Shown here piece by piece: positions 7,101 to 14,808 of a stretch of DNA of 14,808 nucleotides. The stretch lies in the NCBI GenBank assembly GCA_037133055.1, contig JBAXOY010000079.1:1-14808 (forward strand). The letters run 5' to 3'. Numbering within the stretch: the stretch's first letter is position 1; each line of letters opens with the position of its first letter. A program made the position numbers and the translations under genes. Source of the stretch: Chlamydiota bacterium. GTDB taxonomy: Bacteria; Auribacterota; Tritonobacteria; UBA1439. Below the pieces are notes generated by a model. It was not told the origin of the DNA, searched no databases, and saw only the letters and a list, made by a program, of their open reading frames with translations.

Positions 7101-8926
7101 GTCCCACCGTTACACCCACGGAAACACCTACGCTAACGCCCACGATAACGCCGACCGAGACTCCCACCGAGACGCCCACGGAGACGCCCACCGAGACGCC
7201 CACGGAGACGCCGACCGGGACGCCGACCGTGACGGAGACGCCCACCCCGATGCCGACCGAAACGCCGACTCCCACGCCGACACCGACCTCAACGGGCACA
7301 TTCACCATGACGCCGACAGCGACTCCGACTCCCACGCCGACGCCGCCTCCTCCGCCGGTGGCCTGTCTCGATATCCACGGGGACTCGCTGCTCTCGGCCG
7401 CGACGTTCAGCACGACCCTCCAGGACACGGGCCTCGAGACGAGCGTCTTTCTCCCCGTCACCGGATCCATCGCGGCGTTCAGCTCCTTCTCCTCTCAATC
7501 GACGAGCGGGGCAGGCTGCGGAACGTGGGACCTGCGCCTCGACGATCTCTCCTCCAGCCAGCAGATCCAGCGCTACCTGAAGGGAGATTTCGACCTCGGA
7601 CTCTGCGGCGCAGTGGCCCTGTTCGAGAACGTTCCGCCGGGACACCATACGATCCGGCTGCGGCACGCGACGAGCGACCCGCCGAAGACGCTCGTCACGC
7701 GCAACGCAAATATCGTCGCCTTCTCCCTGCTGACCTCCTCCGGGGCCCGCTTCAACAGCGGCGTCTCGTCGCTCGGGCCCGCGGGGGCGACCACCACGTC
7801 TCCCTCGCTCACGGACGTCACGGGACTCGGCACGACGGTCACGCTCGACATGCCCTCGCGCATCTATGTCTCGGCGGCCTTGAACGCCGAGTCCGTGGAC
7901 GGCGCCGCCAAGACCGGGACGTGGGACCTCCAGGTGGACGGGGTGACGGTCGGGCATGATTCGAACCGGTATCTGTCCGGGGCGAATGACCTCGGGGCGG
8001 TCCTGCTCGACGGGCTGAGCGGCGAGCTCCCGGCGGGAACGCACGTCGTCACGGCGCGGCACGCGACCGACAGCGGCGAGATACGTACGATGAATGCCAC
8101 GCTCCTCGCCGTCGCCCTGAGCGACGACGGCGGCGGCGGCGTCACACTCCCGGTCTCCCAGGTGGTGGTGGACGAGATGACCTCGACGGCGGCCACCGTG
8201 CTGACCGAGATCATCCCCAGCCTGACGTCGCTCCTGCTCGACGGGCCGAGCAGCATCTTCCTTGCCGCCAGCTTCAACGTGCAGAGCGGCGGCGGTCCGG
8301 GGCCGCGCATCATCGAGCTCGACGCCCTGATGGACGGGGCGCCCGTCACGGAGGAAATTGACCGCTACCTGTCGGGCATCGACGACCGCGGCGCCGGGGG
8401 CCTCTTCGGCCTCTCGGCGCTCCTGGCCGCCGGGGCGCACAGCGCCGTCATGCGGCAGGACACGCATGACTCGTTGGAGCCGGTGGAGACGGGCCACATC
8501 GCCCTCGTGTTGATGAGCGGTTGCACGGTCGAGGCAATTCCGACGCCGACGCCGATCGCCTGCGACGGGGCGGTGCTGAGCCTCGGGGCGAAGGTGGTCT
8601 CCCCCGGGCAGGAACTGAAGTTCTTCGGCTGCATCCCCGCGTTCGGCAACCAGAGGGTGGATATCTACCTTGTGGTCTTCAGCCCCGCGGGCGCCGCGTA
8701 TTCGGCGCTATACCCGAATGGCGTTGCGCCGGGTATCCATCCCTACGTACGCGGGATAGTCAACCCGTCCACCTGCCAGTGCCGCGACCTCTTGAGCCAC
8801 GTCGTCTGCGCTAACACCCAGACCGGGAATTGGGACGCGGTCCTGGCGGTGCTCCCCGCAGGGGCGCCGGCCACAGTGGCGAACATCATCACGTATGCGC
8901 AGCAGACGGTCATGGTGACGCTCTGA
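4181..8926 (+). CDS. Large secreted vWA-domain adhesin-like protein with Pro/Thr linkers (~1581 aa)
   Basis: GAGGAG RBS 7 nt before ATG 4181; signal peptide ending ...[13 protein letters not shown]. Module A ~4313-5503; PT linker ~5510-5710; vWA with MIDAS DCSGS (5843-5857), T (WTNIGDG) and D (VLTDG); DUF11-like segment [16 protein letters not shown]...LTWNLG; PT linker ~6707-7357; module A' ~7364-8524; C-terminal domain ~8561-8926. Confidence 0.92.
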   Translation: MEMHSALIFPMPRVYRAGLRAGRAAAFLAAALPFLCSTIAHAQPCCIGPQSATLATASTNSTTLADTGLEVTVNLSSAGAIAVYTSFTAESTSDTGNGTWDLRVDNTTSSQLIQRYLSGVFDTDMAGAVTIFTGLSSGNHTIRLRHASPTHAKTLVTRDAIMVAFPLTTSCGASFNYGVDTLDATGDSTNGTSFSPVAGLATQVTLDAPARIFVSAVLDAQQIPPASDRTGEWEVQVGSGVTFTTVGQPVQRGLIGASDMGCVMLQGLSDELAPGTYDIRVQHRTSVAAAEILTFNATLQAIALSTSTGGGYTLQSAQVTYGTPALSTSSTTLANITQTQLALSLGSNSPIFAASSLSSEIPGAGTTSRTASFDLRIDGVSVSPTGLHDLSAASDLDAGGLFGLSGLLTSGSHAAFMRDATSSSTNQIAASNITLVLLGMCAQPPPTPTPTITPTPTRTPTRTPTPTRTPTSTRTPTRTPTVTPTRTPTRTSTPTITPTPTRTPTCTPGVTPHLVAGKSVTPLPACETAQVTLTVTGAGDSVCVRLPLDVMLVLDCSGSMSGTKLANMKVAAKSMVDQLDPLQDRVGLASYSTTATLDDSLTSNFSQVKTDIDGLSASGWTNIGDGVFVGQNDIATNGRPIAVKVMVVLTDGVANRSHGGNICPDEPTTANNCTNDAINQAAAAKSAGTTVFTVGLGLNVFSPATQALARQVLQTMASSLSDYFETNNPADLQGIFDAIANTITNTAGTNAVVTDFLPPDVHYIPDSAIPAPTTAVGQTLTWNLGLIALGDVHTITFSVSLNPAVPDQLVDVYPDSQVNYTDYQGGDAFVAFPETRVTVNFCPTKTPTVTPTPTATRTPTPTRTPTITPTLTPTETPTETPTITPTPTITPTPTETPTGTLPPTETPTITPTPTETPTETPTRTPTFTPTETPTETPTETPTSTPTFTPTETPTVTPTPTPTRTATPTRTSTPSPTVTPTETPTLTPTITPTETPTETPTETPTETPTETPTGTPTVTETPTPMPTETPTPTPTPTSTGTFTMTPTATPTPTPTPPPPPVACLDIHGDSLLSAATFSTTLQDTGLETSVFLPVTGSIAAFSSFSSQSTSGAGCGTWDLRLDDLSSSQQIQRYLKGDFDLGLCGAVALFENVPPGHHTIRLRHATSDPPKTLVTRNANIVAFSLLTSSGARFNSGVSSLGPAGATTTSPSLTDVTGLGTTVTLDMPSRIYVSAALNAESVDGAAKTGTWDLQVDGVTVGHDSNRYLSGANDLGAVLLDGLSGELPAGTHVVTARHATDSGEIRTMNATLLAVALSDDGGGGVTLPVSQVVVDEMTSTAATVLTEIIPSLTSLLLDGPSSIFLAASFNVQSGGGPGPRIIELDALMDGAPVTEEIDRYLSGIDDRGAGGLFGLSALLAAGAHSAVMRQDTHDSLEPVETGHIALVLMSGCTVEAIPTPTPIACDGAVLSLGAKVVSPGQELKFFGCIPAFGNQRVDIYLVVFSPAGAAYSALYPNGVAPGIHPYVRGIVNPSTCQCRDLLSHVVCANTQTGNWDAVLAVLPAGAPATVANIITYAQQTVMVTL
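5510..5710 (+). repeat. Coding Pro/Thr low-complexity repeat (linker 1)
   Basis: ([12 protein letters not shown])n encoded by degenerate ACN-CCN codon repeats. Confidence 0.9.
6707..7357 (+). repeat. Coding Pro/Thr/Glu low-complexity repeat (linker 2, ~215 aa)
   Basis: ([12 protein letters not shown])n; perfect 12-bp tandem ACGCCGACCGAG x3 at 6962-6997. Confidence 0.9.
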
Positions 8927-8967
8927 CGATTCGCGTCTCCGCGCTGTCAGTTATAGGGGGGTATTGT

Positions 8968-9007
8968 CACCCCCCATCCTGCCCCTCCCCCTCAAGGGGG
9001 GAGGGAA
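8968..9007. repeat. C-rich/G-rich REP-like hairpin, possibly also stabilising or terminating the adhesin transcript
   Basis: CACCCCCCATCCTGCCCCTCCCCCTCAAGGGGGGAGGGAA: 9-bp stem CCCTCCCCC (8983-8991) / GGGGGAGGG (8997-9005); resembles the CCCTCTCCC...GGGAGAGGG palindrome family. No U-tract on the + strand. Confidence 0.6.
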
Positions 9008-9084
9008 ATTATGGTGTCACCCTGCCGTACCTGAGGCCGCACTCCGAGCTCACAATTCCTGTTCCCCTCTCCCTCCCCTCCCGC

Positions 9085-9090
9085 TATAAT
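9085..9090 (+). promoter_or_regulatory. -10 box TATAAT
   Basis: Perfect TATAAT in GC-rich context, 8 nt upstream of ATG 9099; no Shine-Dalgarno between them. Confidence 0.6.
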
Positions 9091-9098
9091 GGTCCGCC

Positions 9099-12000
9099 AT
9101 GAGCCCACGCGCGCGCCATCCACGCAGGCCGTATTACCCCCTCGAGTTTCCGATCTCCCGCGCACAGTGGGAGCGCTACGAACTCGGCCGGGGCGTCTTC
9201 CCCGAGAAGGGGGAAATCCGGGTCCCCGACTTCCGCGTCCTCCGCCAGCTCGTCAAGCGCATCTACGAGAGGCAGGACACGCAGGCGTTCGCCCACCGTC
9301 CGATCAAGGCGGGGCAGCTCAACGCCACCGGGCTCCTCAACGAGATCTTCCGCTGCATCATCCGGACCTACTGCGAAACGAAGAACCCGCCCGCGTTCAG
9401 GAAGGGGCTGAAACAGGCGAAGACGCAGCTCCCGCCCGGCGCCCTTCGCGGCACGCTCGAGCAGTTCGTCGCCCTATTTCCCCCGCAGGCGCTGCTGAGG
9501 GGCGCTGTCTCGCCGCGCGACTTTCTCTCGGGAGAGACCGGGGATATCCCCAACGCGCAGCTCGCCGCGGCGGAACTCCTCCTTCTCTCCCTCGCGAACT
9601 CGAATCCCGCGCTCGCCGCGTCTCTAGAGCTCTTCAGCGACGACGAACTCGCGCGCGGCACCGCCTACCCGGACCTCTTTCGCGTCCTCGAGGATTTCTT
9701 CCGCCTGCAGCCGGGCTTCGGGCGCGAGGTGAAGCCGGTCTTCGACTTCCTCCGCGAGCCGCTCGCCGCGGCGCCCGACTCGCTCCAGGGCCAGCTTTCC
9801 TACATCAGGGAGAAGTGGCGGGAGTACCTGCCGGAGTCGCTCTACTACCGTCTCCTCACGGCCCTTGACCTCCTGAAGGAGGAGGAGAAGGCGGGGTGGC
9901 TCGGCGCAGGGCCCACCCAGGTCCTCACGTTCAAGGGGCTTTACGACGCCGAGTATCCCGAGTACGCGAGATATGTCGACTCGCCCGAGTACGAGCGCTT
10001 CACCGAGGACCGCGACTGGATGTCGAAGGTCGTCATCATCGCCAAGAGCACCTACGTCTGGCTCGACCAGCTCTCCAGGAAATACGGCAGGGAGATCCGG
10101 CGCATCGACGAAATCCCCGACGAGGAGCTCGACACGCTCGCCCGCTGGGGCTTCTCGGGCCTCTGGCTCATCGGCGTCTGGGAGCGGAGCCCCGCCTCGC
10201 GGGAGATCAAGCAGATCTGCGGCAACCGCGACGCGCTCGCCTCCGCCTACTCGCTCTACGACTACTCGATCAGCCGCGACCTCGGCGGTGAGGAGGCGTA
10301 CCGGAACCTCAAGGACCGGGCATGGCGGCGCGGGCTGCGGCTCGCGACCGACGTCGTCCCCAACCACACCGGGATCTACTCGAAGTGGGTCATTGAGCAC
10401 CCCGAGCGGTACATCCAGCTCGACTGCCCGCCGTTCCCGGGCTACCGCTTCACCGGCCCCGACCTTTCCGGGGACCCGACCGTCACGCTTCAGATCGAGG
10501 ACGGCTACTGGAGCCGTCGCGACGCCGCGGTTGTCTTCCAGCGCCGCGACAACCGGACCGGCGCCGTGAGCTACCTCTACCACGGGAACGACGGCACGAG
10601 CATGCCCTGGAACGACACCGCGCAGCTCGACTTCCTGCGTGCGGATGTCCGGGAGGCGGTCATCCGGACCATTCTCGACGTCGCGAAGCGCTTCCCGATC
10701 ATCCGCCTCGACGCCGCCATGACGCTCGCGAAGAAGCATTTCCAGCGCCTCTGGTACCCCCACCCCGGCACGGGCGGCGGCATCCCCTCGCGCGCGGAGC
10801 ACGGGATGATGCGCGACGAGTTCGACCGCCACATGCCGCACGAGTTCTGGCGAGAGGTCGTGGACCGCGTCACCCGCGAGATGCCCGACACGCTCCTCCT
10901 CGCCGAGGCGTTCTGGATGATGGAGGGGTATTTCGTCCGCACGCTCGGGATGCACCGCGTCTACAACAGCGCCTTCATGAACATGCTCAAGATGGAGGAG
11001 AACGACAAGTACCGGAGCGTGGTGAAGAACGTCCTCGAGTTCGATCCGCGGATCCTCAGGCGCTTCGTCAACTTCATGAACAACCCGGACGAGCGGACGG
11101 CGATCGACCAGTTCGGGAGCGGGGACAAGTACTTCGGGATCTGCCTGATGATGGTGACGATGCCGGGCCTCCCGATGTTCGGGCACGGGCAGATCGAGGG
11201 ATTCACCGAGAGATACGGCATGGAGTACCGGCGCGCCTACGTGAACGAGGGGGTCGACTGGAACCTCGTCCGGCGCCACGAGGCCGAGATATTCCCGCTG
11301 ATGCGGAAGCGGCACCTGTTCAGCGGGGTGGAGCATTTCGCCCTTTACGACTTCTTCACCCCGCGGGGAAGGGTGGACGAGAACGTCTTCGCCTACTCGA
11401 ACCGCTCCGGCGACGAGCGGGCGGTGGTGCTCTACCACAACAAGTACCAGGAGACGGAGGGGTGGATCCGGACCTCGTGCGGGATGGCGGTCGACTACGA
11501 CGACCCCGCGAAGAAGCGCGTCGTCCAGAGGACGATCGCCGAGGCGCTTGGATTGAACGCGGGACCCCGCCTGTACTACATCTTCCGGAACAGCGTGACG
11601 AATCTCGAGCACCTGCGGCCCGCCCGCGAGCTCGTTCGCCAGGGGATCTACGCCCGCCTCGGGGCGTTCCGTTTCACCGTCTATCTCGACTTCAGGGAAG
11701 TCGCGGACGGCCCCGCGGGCTACTACGGGAAGCTCGCGGCGGCGCTCGGCTGGCAGGGGGTGCCGAGCGTTGAGGAGGCGGTGCGGGAGATGATCCTCGA
11801 TCCCGTGCACACCCCGTTCGCGGGCCTCGTCGGCAGGGCCGCGGTCGAGGCCTTCGTCGCGGACCCCGCGAAGACGCGCGCGGAACTCGCGAAGGCCGCC
11901 GGCGAGCTCGTCCGCGCGACCGCGAAGTTCACCGGGGCCTCGTGCGACGCGCGGAAGGTGCGGGAGGGGATCATGGCCGGCGTGGACGCCGTCGCTGAAC

Positions 12001-12602
12001 TCGGGCGCATGAAGAAGGGGGCATCGCCCGCTGCCGAGTACCTCCGCGCCGGGCTCGACGAGGGGAGCGCGTTCCACGCCACGGCCCTCGCCTGGGCCGT
12101 GACGCACAATCTCGGCGCGGTGCGGACGCGCGACGACGACGCGGCGCAGGGCGTCGCGATCATGGACGAACTCCTGCTCGGGAAGGCGTTCGCGAAGGCC
12201 CTCCACGGGCACGGGCTCGACCCCTGGGCCGCGGCCCAGCGCGCGACGCTCCTCGCCGTCCTCACCGGCTATGCCCGCTGGTGCGATGCGGGAGACGAGG
12301 CGGAGGCGGTCGCGGCGTTCCGCGATCTCCTGAACGACGGCGACGCGCGGCTCTACCTCGGCTTCAATCAATACAACGGCGTCCCCTGGTTCAACAGGGA
12401 GCGGATGGAAAGTCTCCTCTACTGGCTCTTCGCCGTGTCGGTCCTCGGGCTCCTGGAAGGCGGGGGTGCGAGGGCGGCGGTCTCGCGCGGAATCGAAGCG
12501 CGCTACGAGGTCGTGAGCCGCATCAGGAACGCCGCGGAGAACTCCGGCTGCGAGGTGGAGAAGTTCGTCGCCCTCCTCTGCCCCGCCCCGGCGGCCGGGT
12601 AG
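9099..12602 (+). CDS. Large cytoplasmic alpha-amylase family (GH13) glycoside hydrolase (1167 aa)
   Basis: GH13 conserved regions: GFSGLWLIGVW, AYSLYDY, DVVPNH (I), IIRLDAAM (II, nucleophile Asp), LLLAEAFW (III, acid/base Glu), FMNNPDE (IV), MPGLPMFGHGQ. No signal peptide; long N- and C-terminal extensions. Confidence 0.92.
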   Translation: MSPRARHPRRPYYPLEFPISRAQWERYELGRGVFPEKGEIRVPDFRVLRQLVKRIYERQDTQAFAHRPIKAGQLNATGLLNEIFRCIIRTYCETKNPPAFRKGLKQAKTQLPPGALRGTLEQFVALFPPQALLRGAVSPRDFLSGETGDIPNAQLAAAELLLLSLANSNPALAASLELFSDDELARGTAYPDLFRVLEDFFRLQPGFGREVKPVFDFLREPLAAAPDSLQGQLSYIREKWREYLPESLYYRLLTALDLLKEEEKAGWLGAGPTQVLTFKGLYDAEYPEYARYVDSPEYERFTEDRDWMSKVVIIAKSTYVWLDQLSRKYGREIRRIDEIPDEELDTLARWGFSGLWLIGVWERSPASREIKQICGNRDALASAYSLYDYSISRDLGGEEAYRNLKDRAWRRGLRLATDVVPNHTGIYSKWVIEHPERYIQLDCPPFPGYRFTGPDLSGDPTVTLQIEDGYWSRRDAAVVFQRRDNRTGAVSYLYHGNDGTSMPWNDTAQLDFLRADVREAVIRTILDVAKRFPIIRLDAAMTLAKKHFQRLWYPHPGTGGGIPSRAEHGMMRDEFDRHMPHEFWREVVDRVTREMPDTLLLAEAFWMMEGYFVRTLGMHRVYNSAFMNMLKMEENDKYRSVVKNVLEFDPRILRRFVNFMNNPDERTAIDQFGSGDKYFGICLMMVTMPGLPMFGHGQIEGFTERYGMEYRRAYVNEGVDWNLVRRHEAEIFPLMRKRHLFSGVEHFALYDFFTPRGRVDENVFAYSNRSGDERAVVLYHNKYQETEGWIRTSCGMAVDYDDPAKKRVVQRTIAEALGLNAGPRLYYIFRNSVTNLEHLRPARELVRQGIYARLGAFRFTVYLDFREVADGPAGYYGKLAAALGWQGVPSVEEAVREMILDPVHTPFAGLVGRAAVEAFVADPAKTRAELAKAAGELVRATAKFTGASCDARKVREGIMAGVDAVAELGRMKKGASPAAEYLRAGLDEGSAFHATALAWAVTHNLGAVRTRDDDAAQGVAIMDELLLGKAFAKALHGHGLDPWAAAQRATLLAVLTGYARWCDAGDEAEAVAAFRDLLNDGDARLYLGFNQYNGVPWFNRERMESLLYWLFAVSVLGLLEGGGARAAVSRGIEARYEVVSRIRNAAENSGCEVEKFVALLCPAPAAG

Positions 12603-12618
12603 CCGGCGCCCCCCCAGG

Positions 12619-13356
12619 TCAGAACCCGATCAGCGCCCCGAAGCCGTACGCCGCCGCGAACCCGGCGATTGCCGCCCCCAGCGCCACATATCGGTTCTCG
12701 GCCTGCATGGCGTCCGGCAGGAGCTCGGAGAAGATCACGTATGTCATCGCCCCCCCCGAGAAGCCGAGCGCGAACGGCGTGGCGGCCGACATGGCGCGGA
12801 GAAATAGGAATCCCGCGATCGCGCTCGCGAACTCCACCAGCCCGGACAACACCCCCCAAAAGAAAGAGCGCCGCGTCTCCACCCCGTAACAGGCGGCGGG
12901 CGCCGAGACGATGAGCCCCTCGGGGATGTCCTGGAGCGCGATCGAGAGGGTGACCAGCCAGCCGAGCGACGCGGATCCGGCGAACGCCGCGGCGAGCGCG
13001 AACCCCTCGGGGATGTTGTGGATGGTGATCGTCCCGACCAGCATGGCGACCTTTTTCTTTGCCTCGCCGATCTCCGCCCCACGCAACGCCATGTGGACGT
13101 GCGGCATAAGCTTGTCCATCACGAGGAACGCGACCATCCCCGCGATAAGGCCGGCGAGGGCCGTGCGGTGCCCTCCGAGCGAATGCGCCTCGTTGAGCAT
13201 CTCGAGGGCCGAGAACCCCATCATCCCCGCGCAGAACGAGACGACAGTGGCGTAGAGCGCGGGGGGGATCTTCCTGATGACGAAAACGCCCGCGGCCCCC
13301 AGCGTGGTGGCCGCAAGGGCCGTGCATCCGGCAAGGAACACATGCATGAAATACAT
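12619..13356 (-). CDS. ZIP family divalent metal (Zn/Fe/Mn) transporter, ZupT/GufA-like (245 aa)
   Basis: About 8 hydrophobic segments; TM4 HNIPEG and TM5 QDIPEG metal-site motifs; C-terminal GGAMTYVIFSELLPDA. Confidence 0.93.
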   Translation of the reverse strand: MYFMHVFLAGCTALAATTLGAAGVFVIRKIPPALYATVVSFCAGMMGFSALEMLNEAHSLGGHRTALAGLIAGMVAFLVMDKLMPHVHMALRGAEIGEAKKKVAMLVGTITIHNIPEGFALAAAFAGSASLGWLVTLSIALQDIPEGLIVSAPAACYGVETRRSFFWGVLSGLVEFASAIAGFLFLRAMSAATPFALGFSGGAMTYVIFSELLPDAMQAENRYVALGAAIAGFAAAYGFGALIGF

Positions 13357-13360
13357 CGAC

Positions 13361-14047
13361 TCAATCCCCCTGACGCCCCGCGTGCGCGTTGGGCTCCGTT
13401 TCGTGTTCCGCCTTGCGGTTCTGCGTGAGGCGGGAGGGGGAGTCGGGCAGTTTTTTGGCTTTGGGAAGTGAGATCCCGAAGCGCATCGCCGCGAGGCGGA
13501 GGACGAGCGCCGTCGACGCGGCCGAGAGGAGCTGGATTTTTTGGGAGAACCCGAGCCATCGCGCCGCGACCAGGCACGCGCCGCCCGCGAGCGCTGCGGT
13601 GGCGTAGAAATCGGCCTTGAGGATTACCGGGATCTCGCGGACGAGGATGTCCCGGATGACGCCGCCCCCGGTCGCGGTGATGGCCGCCATCGCGATGACG
13701 CCGATCACGCCGAATCCGCAGCTCGCCGCCTTCTCCGCGCCGATCGCCGCGAAGACGCTGAGGCCCACCGCGTCGGCCGCCATCACGCAGTCCCACCGCG
13801 TGGCGATCCTCCGGGCCGCGAAAAAGACGAGCAGACCGCCGGCGAGACAGGCCAGGATGTAGGTCTCGTCGCGGAACGCCGCGGGGGGAGCGGCGCCGAG
13901 CAGGACGTCCCTCAGGATGCCGCCCCCGATTCCGGTCGCAACCGCGAGGACCATCACGCCGAGAAGGTCGAGTTCGTGCTTCAGGGCGCGGAACGCCCCC
14001 GACACGGCGAAGACAAATGTCCCGAATATGTCGAGCGAATACACCAT
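13361..14047 (-). CDS. TRIC (trimeric intracellular cation channel)/UPF0126 family membrane protein, YadS/YicG-like
   Basis: Duplicated motifs DIFGTFVFAVSGA...ATGIGGGILRDVLL and DAVGLSVFAAIGA...TATGGGVIRDILV; ATG 14047 chosen because GAGGT lies 6 nt upstream; stop is 4 nt before the ZIP start (operon). Confidence 0.93.
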   Translation of the reverse strand: MVYSLDIFGTFVFAVSGAFRALKHELDLLGVMVLAVATGIGGGILRDVLLGAAPPAAFRDETYILACLAGGLLVFFAARRIATRWDCVMAADAVGLSVFAAIGAEKAASCGFGVIGVIAMAAITATGGGVIRDILVREIPVILKADFYATAALAGGACLVAARWLGFSQKIQLLSAASTALVLRLAAMRFGISLPKAKKLPDSPSRLTQNRKAEHETEPNAHAGRQGD

Positions 14048-14173
14048 CGCCACACCTCATGTGTACAGGGTCGGGCCCCGACTATTCGAAGTCCGCGCCG
14101 CAGTCCGGGCAAGGGTCTGCGCTACGGCCCGCGGACACGGGGCGGCTATCCCCGGCTTACCCGGGGCCGCAGT

Positions 14174-14509
14174 TCACCCCTCGGCACGGCTGCTGCCAGT
14201 GAGCTCCTTGTTCAGGGAGAAACTCAGCACCGTGCGTATCGCGACGATCGACCCGAGGACGATCAGCTCGTTCACGCTCGGCTTGACGATGGTGTTCACG
14301 ATGTCCGCGGCGATCATGAACTCGAGGCCGAGCAGCAGGTACGAGCCGAGGTGGCGCCGCAGTATCTCCCTCCTCCGGCACGTGTCTTCCCCGTCGAGCC
14401 CGTGCGACTCCTCCGCCACGAACTCCCTCAGGCTCGTCACGACGCCCCAGAGGATCACCGAGACGCCGATGATCCCTATCCCGAACGTGACGACATGCAG
14501 CACCCGCAT
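14174..14509 (-). CDS. DUF1622 family small membrane protein
   Basis: Signature R..LGSYLLLGLEFMIAADIVNTI.KPS..EL..LG.IV.IRTVLSFSLNKE; GGAGG 6 nt before ATG 14509; an alternative in-frame ATG is at 14587. Confidence 0.88.
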   Translation of the reverse strand: MRVLHVVTFGIGIIGVSVILWGVVTSLREFVAEESHGLDGEDTCRRREILRRHLGSYLLLGLEFMIAADIVNTIVKPSVNELIVLGSIVAIRTVLSFSLNKELTGSSRAEG

Positions 14510-14595
14510 TGATTCCCTCCCCTCATACGCAAGGCCGCCGTATTCCCCGGTCTGGTTGCGAATCGGACTCTCGTATTCCTCCCGCATCTCAGGCC

Positions 14596-14601
14596 ATTGT
14601 A
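14596..14601 (-). promoter_or_regulatory. -10 box TACAAT for the DUF1622 gene
   Basis: Minus strand CGCTACAATGG, nearly identical in context to CGCTATAATGG before the GH13 gene. Confidence 0.5.
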
Positions 14602-14808
14602 GCGTGCCATCCCCCTATCCGCAATCTGAAATCAGATCAGCCCCGGGGGGGATATACCACATCGCCTTTTCTCCCGAACCGGGGCGGAAGGAGGGCACCA
14701 TGTCAGACAGGTCCGACCGGTTTATCGAAAGCACTAATTTCACGCAGCGGGGCCAGTACTGTCCGGTTATAAGGTAAACAATTGCAGTTGGTTGTGACAT
14801 TGGGCATT

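Noticed and set aside
4876..7959. 1027-aa alternative-frame ORF and other long overlapping ORFs (e.g. 9624-12371 -, 523-1284 +, 3118-3972 -)
   Set aside because: Shadow ORFs of high-GC coding sequence; Arg/Gly/Pro-rich, no motifs, overlapping well-supported genes.
14054..14173. Glycine or yybP-ykoY riboswitch before the TRIC-ZIP genes
   Set aside because: Hairpins exist, but the conserved cores of these riboswitches are not visible.
14600..14680. Fluoride riboswitch (minus-strand GGCGATG...GCTGAT)
   Set aside because: No complementary P1 strand (TCGCC) and no GATGAC..CTAC 3' motif.

Overview
GC-rich bacterial chromosomal window with nine credible CDSs and no rRNA, tRNA, cas, transposase or phage genes. 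In order: an AT-richer intergenic stretch (1-520) holding a REP-like hairpin and a six-unit inverted-repeat array; a Lys/Ala-rich histone-H1-like protein with a predicted SH3/KOW-like C-terminus (-); a secreted BNR/Asp-box beta-propeller (+); a small single-pass membrane protein and a Nit1/YbeM-type carbon-nitrogen hydrolase (+); a ~1580-aa secreted modular adhesin-like protein (two copies of a triplicated beta-sandwich module, a vWA domain inserted in a DUF11-like domain, Pro/Thr stalks) (+); a 1167-aa cytoplasmic GH13 enzyme (+); and a convergent membrane cluster of DUF1622, TRIC/UPF0126 and ZIP transporter genes (-). Most interesting: (1) the two otherwise unrelated secreted proteins end in a homologous ~120-aa C-terminal domain, a candidate lineage-specific sorting/anchoring signal; (2) the nested and crossed inverted-repeat array built from 10-bp units; (3) the adhesin's Cys-bracketed triplicated modules; (4) the H1-like/SH3-like fusion. 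All calls come from reading the sequence; no searches were run.
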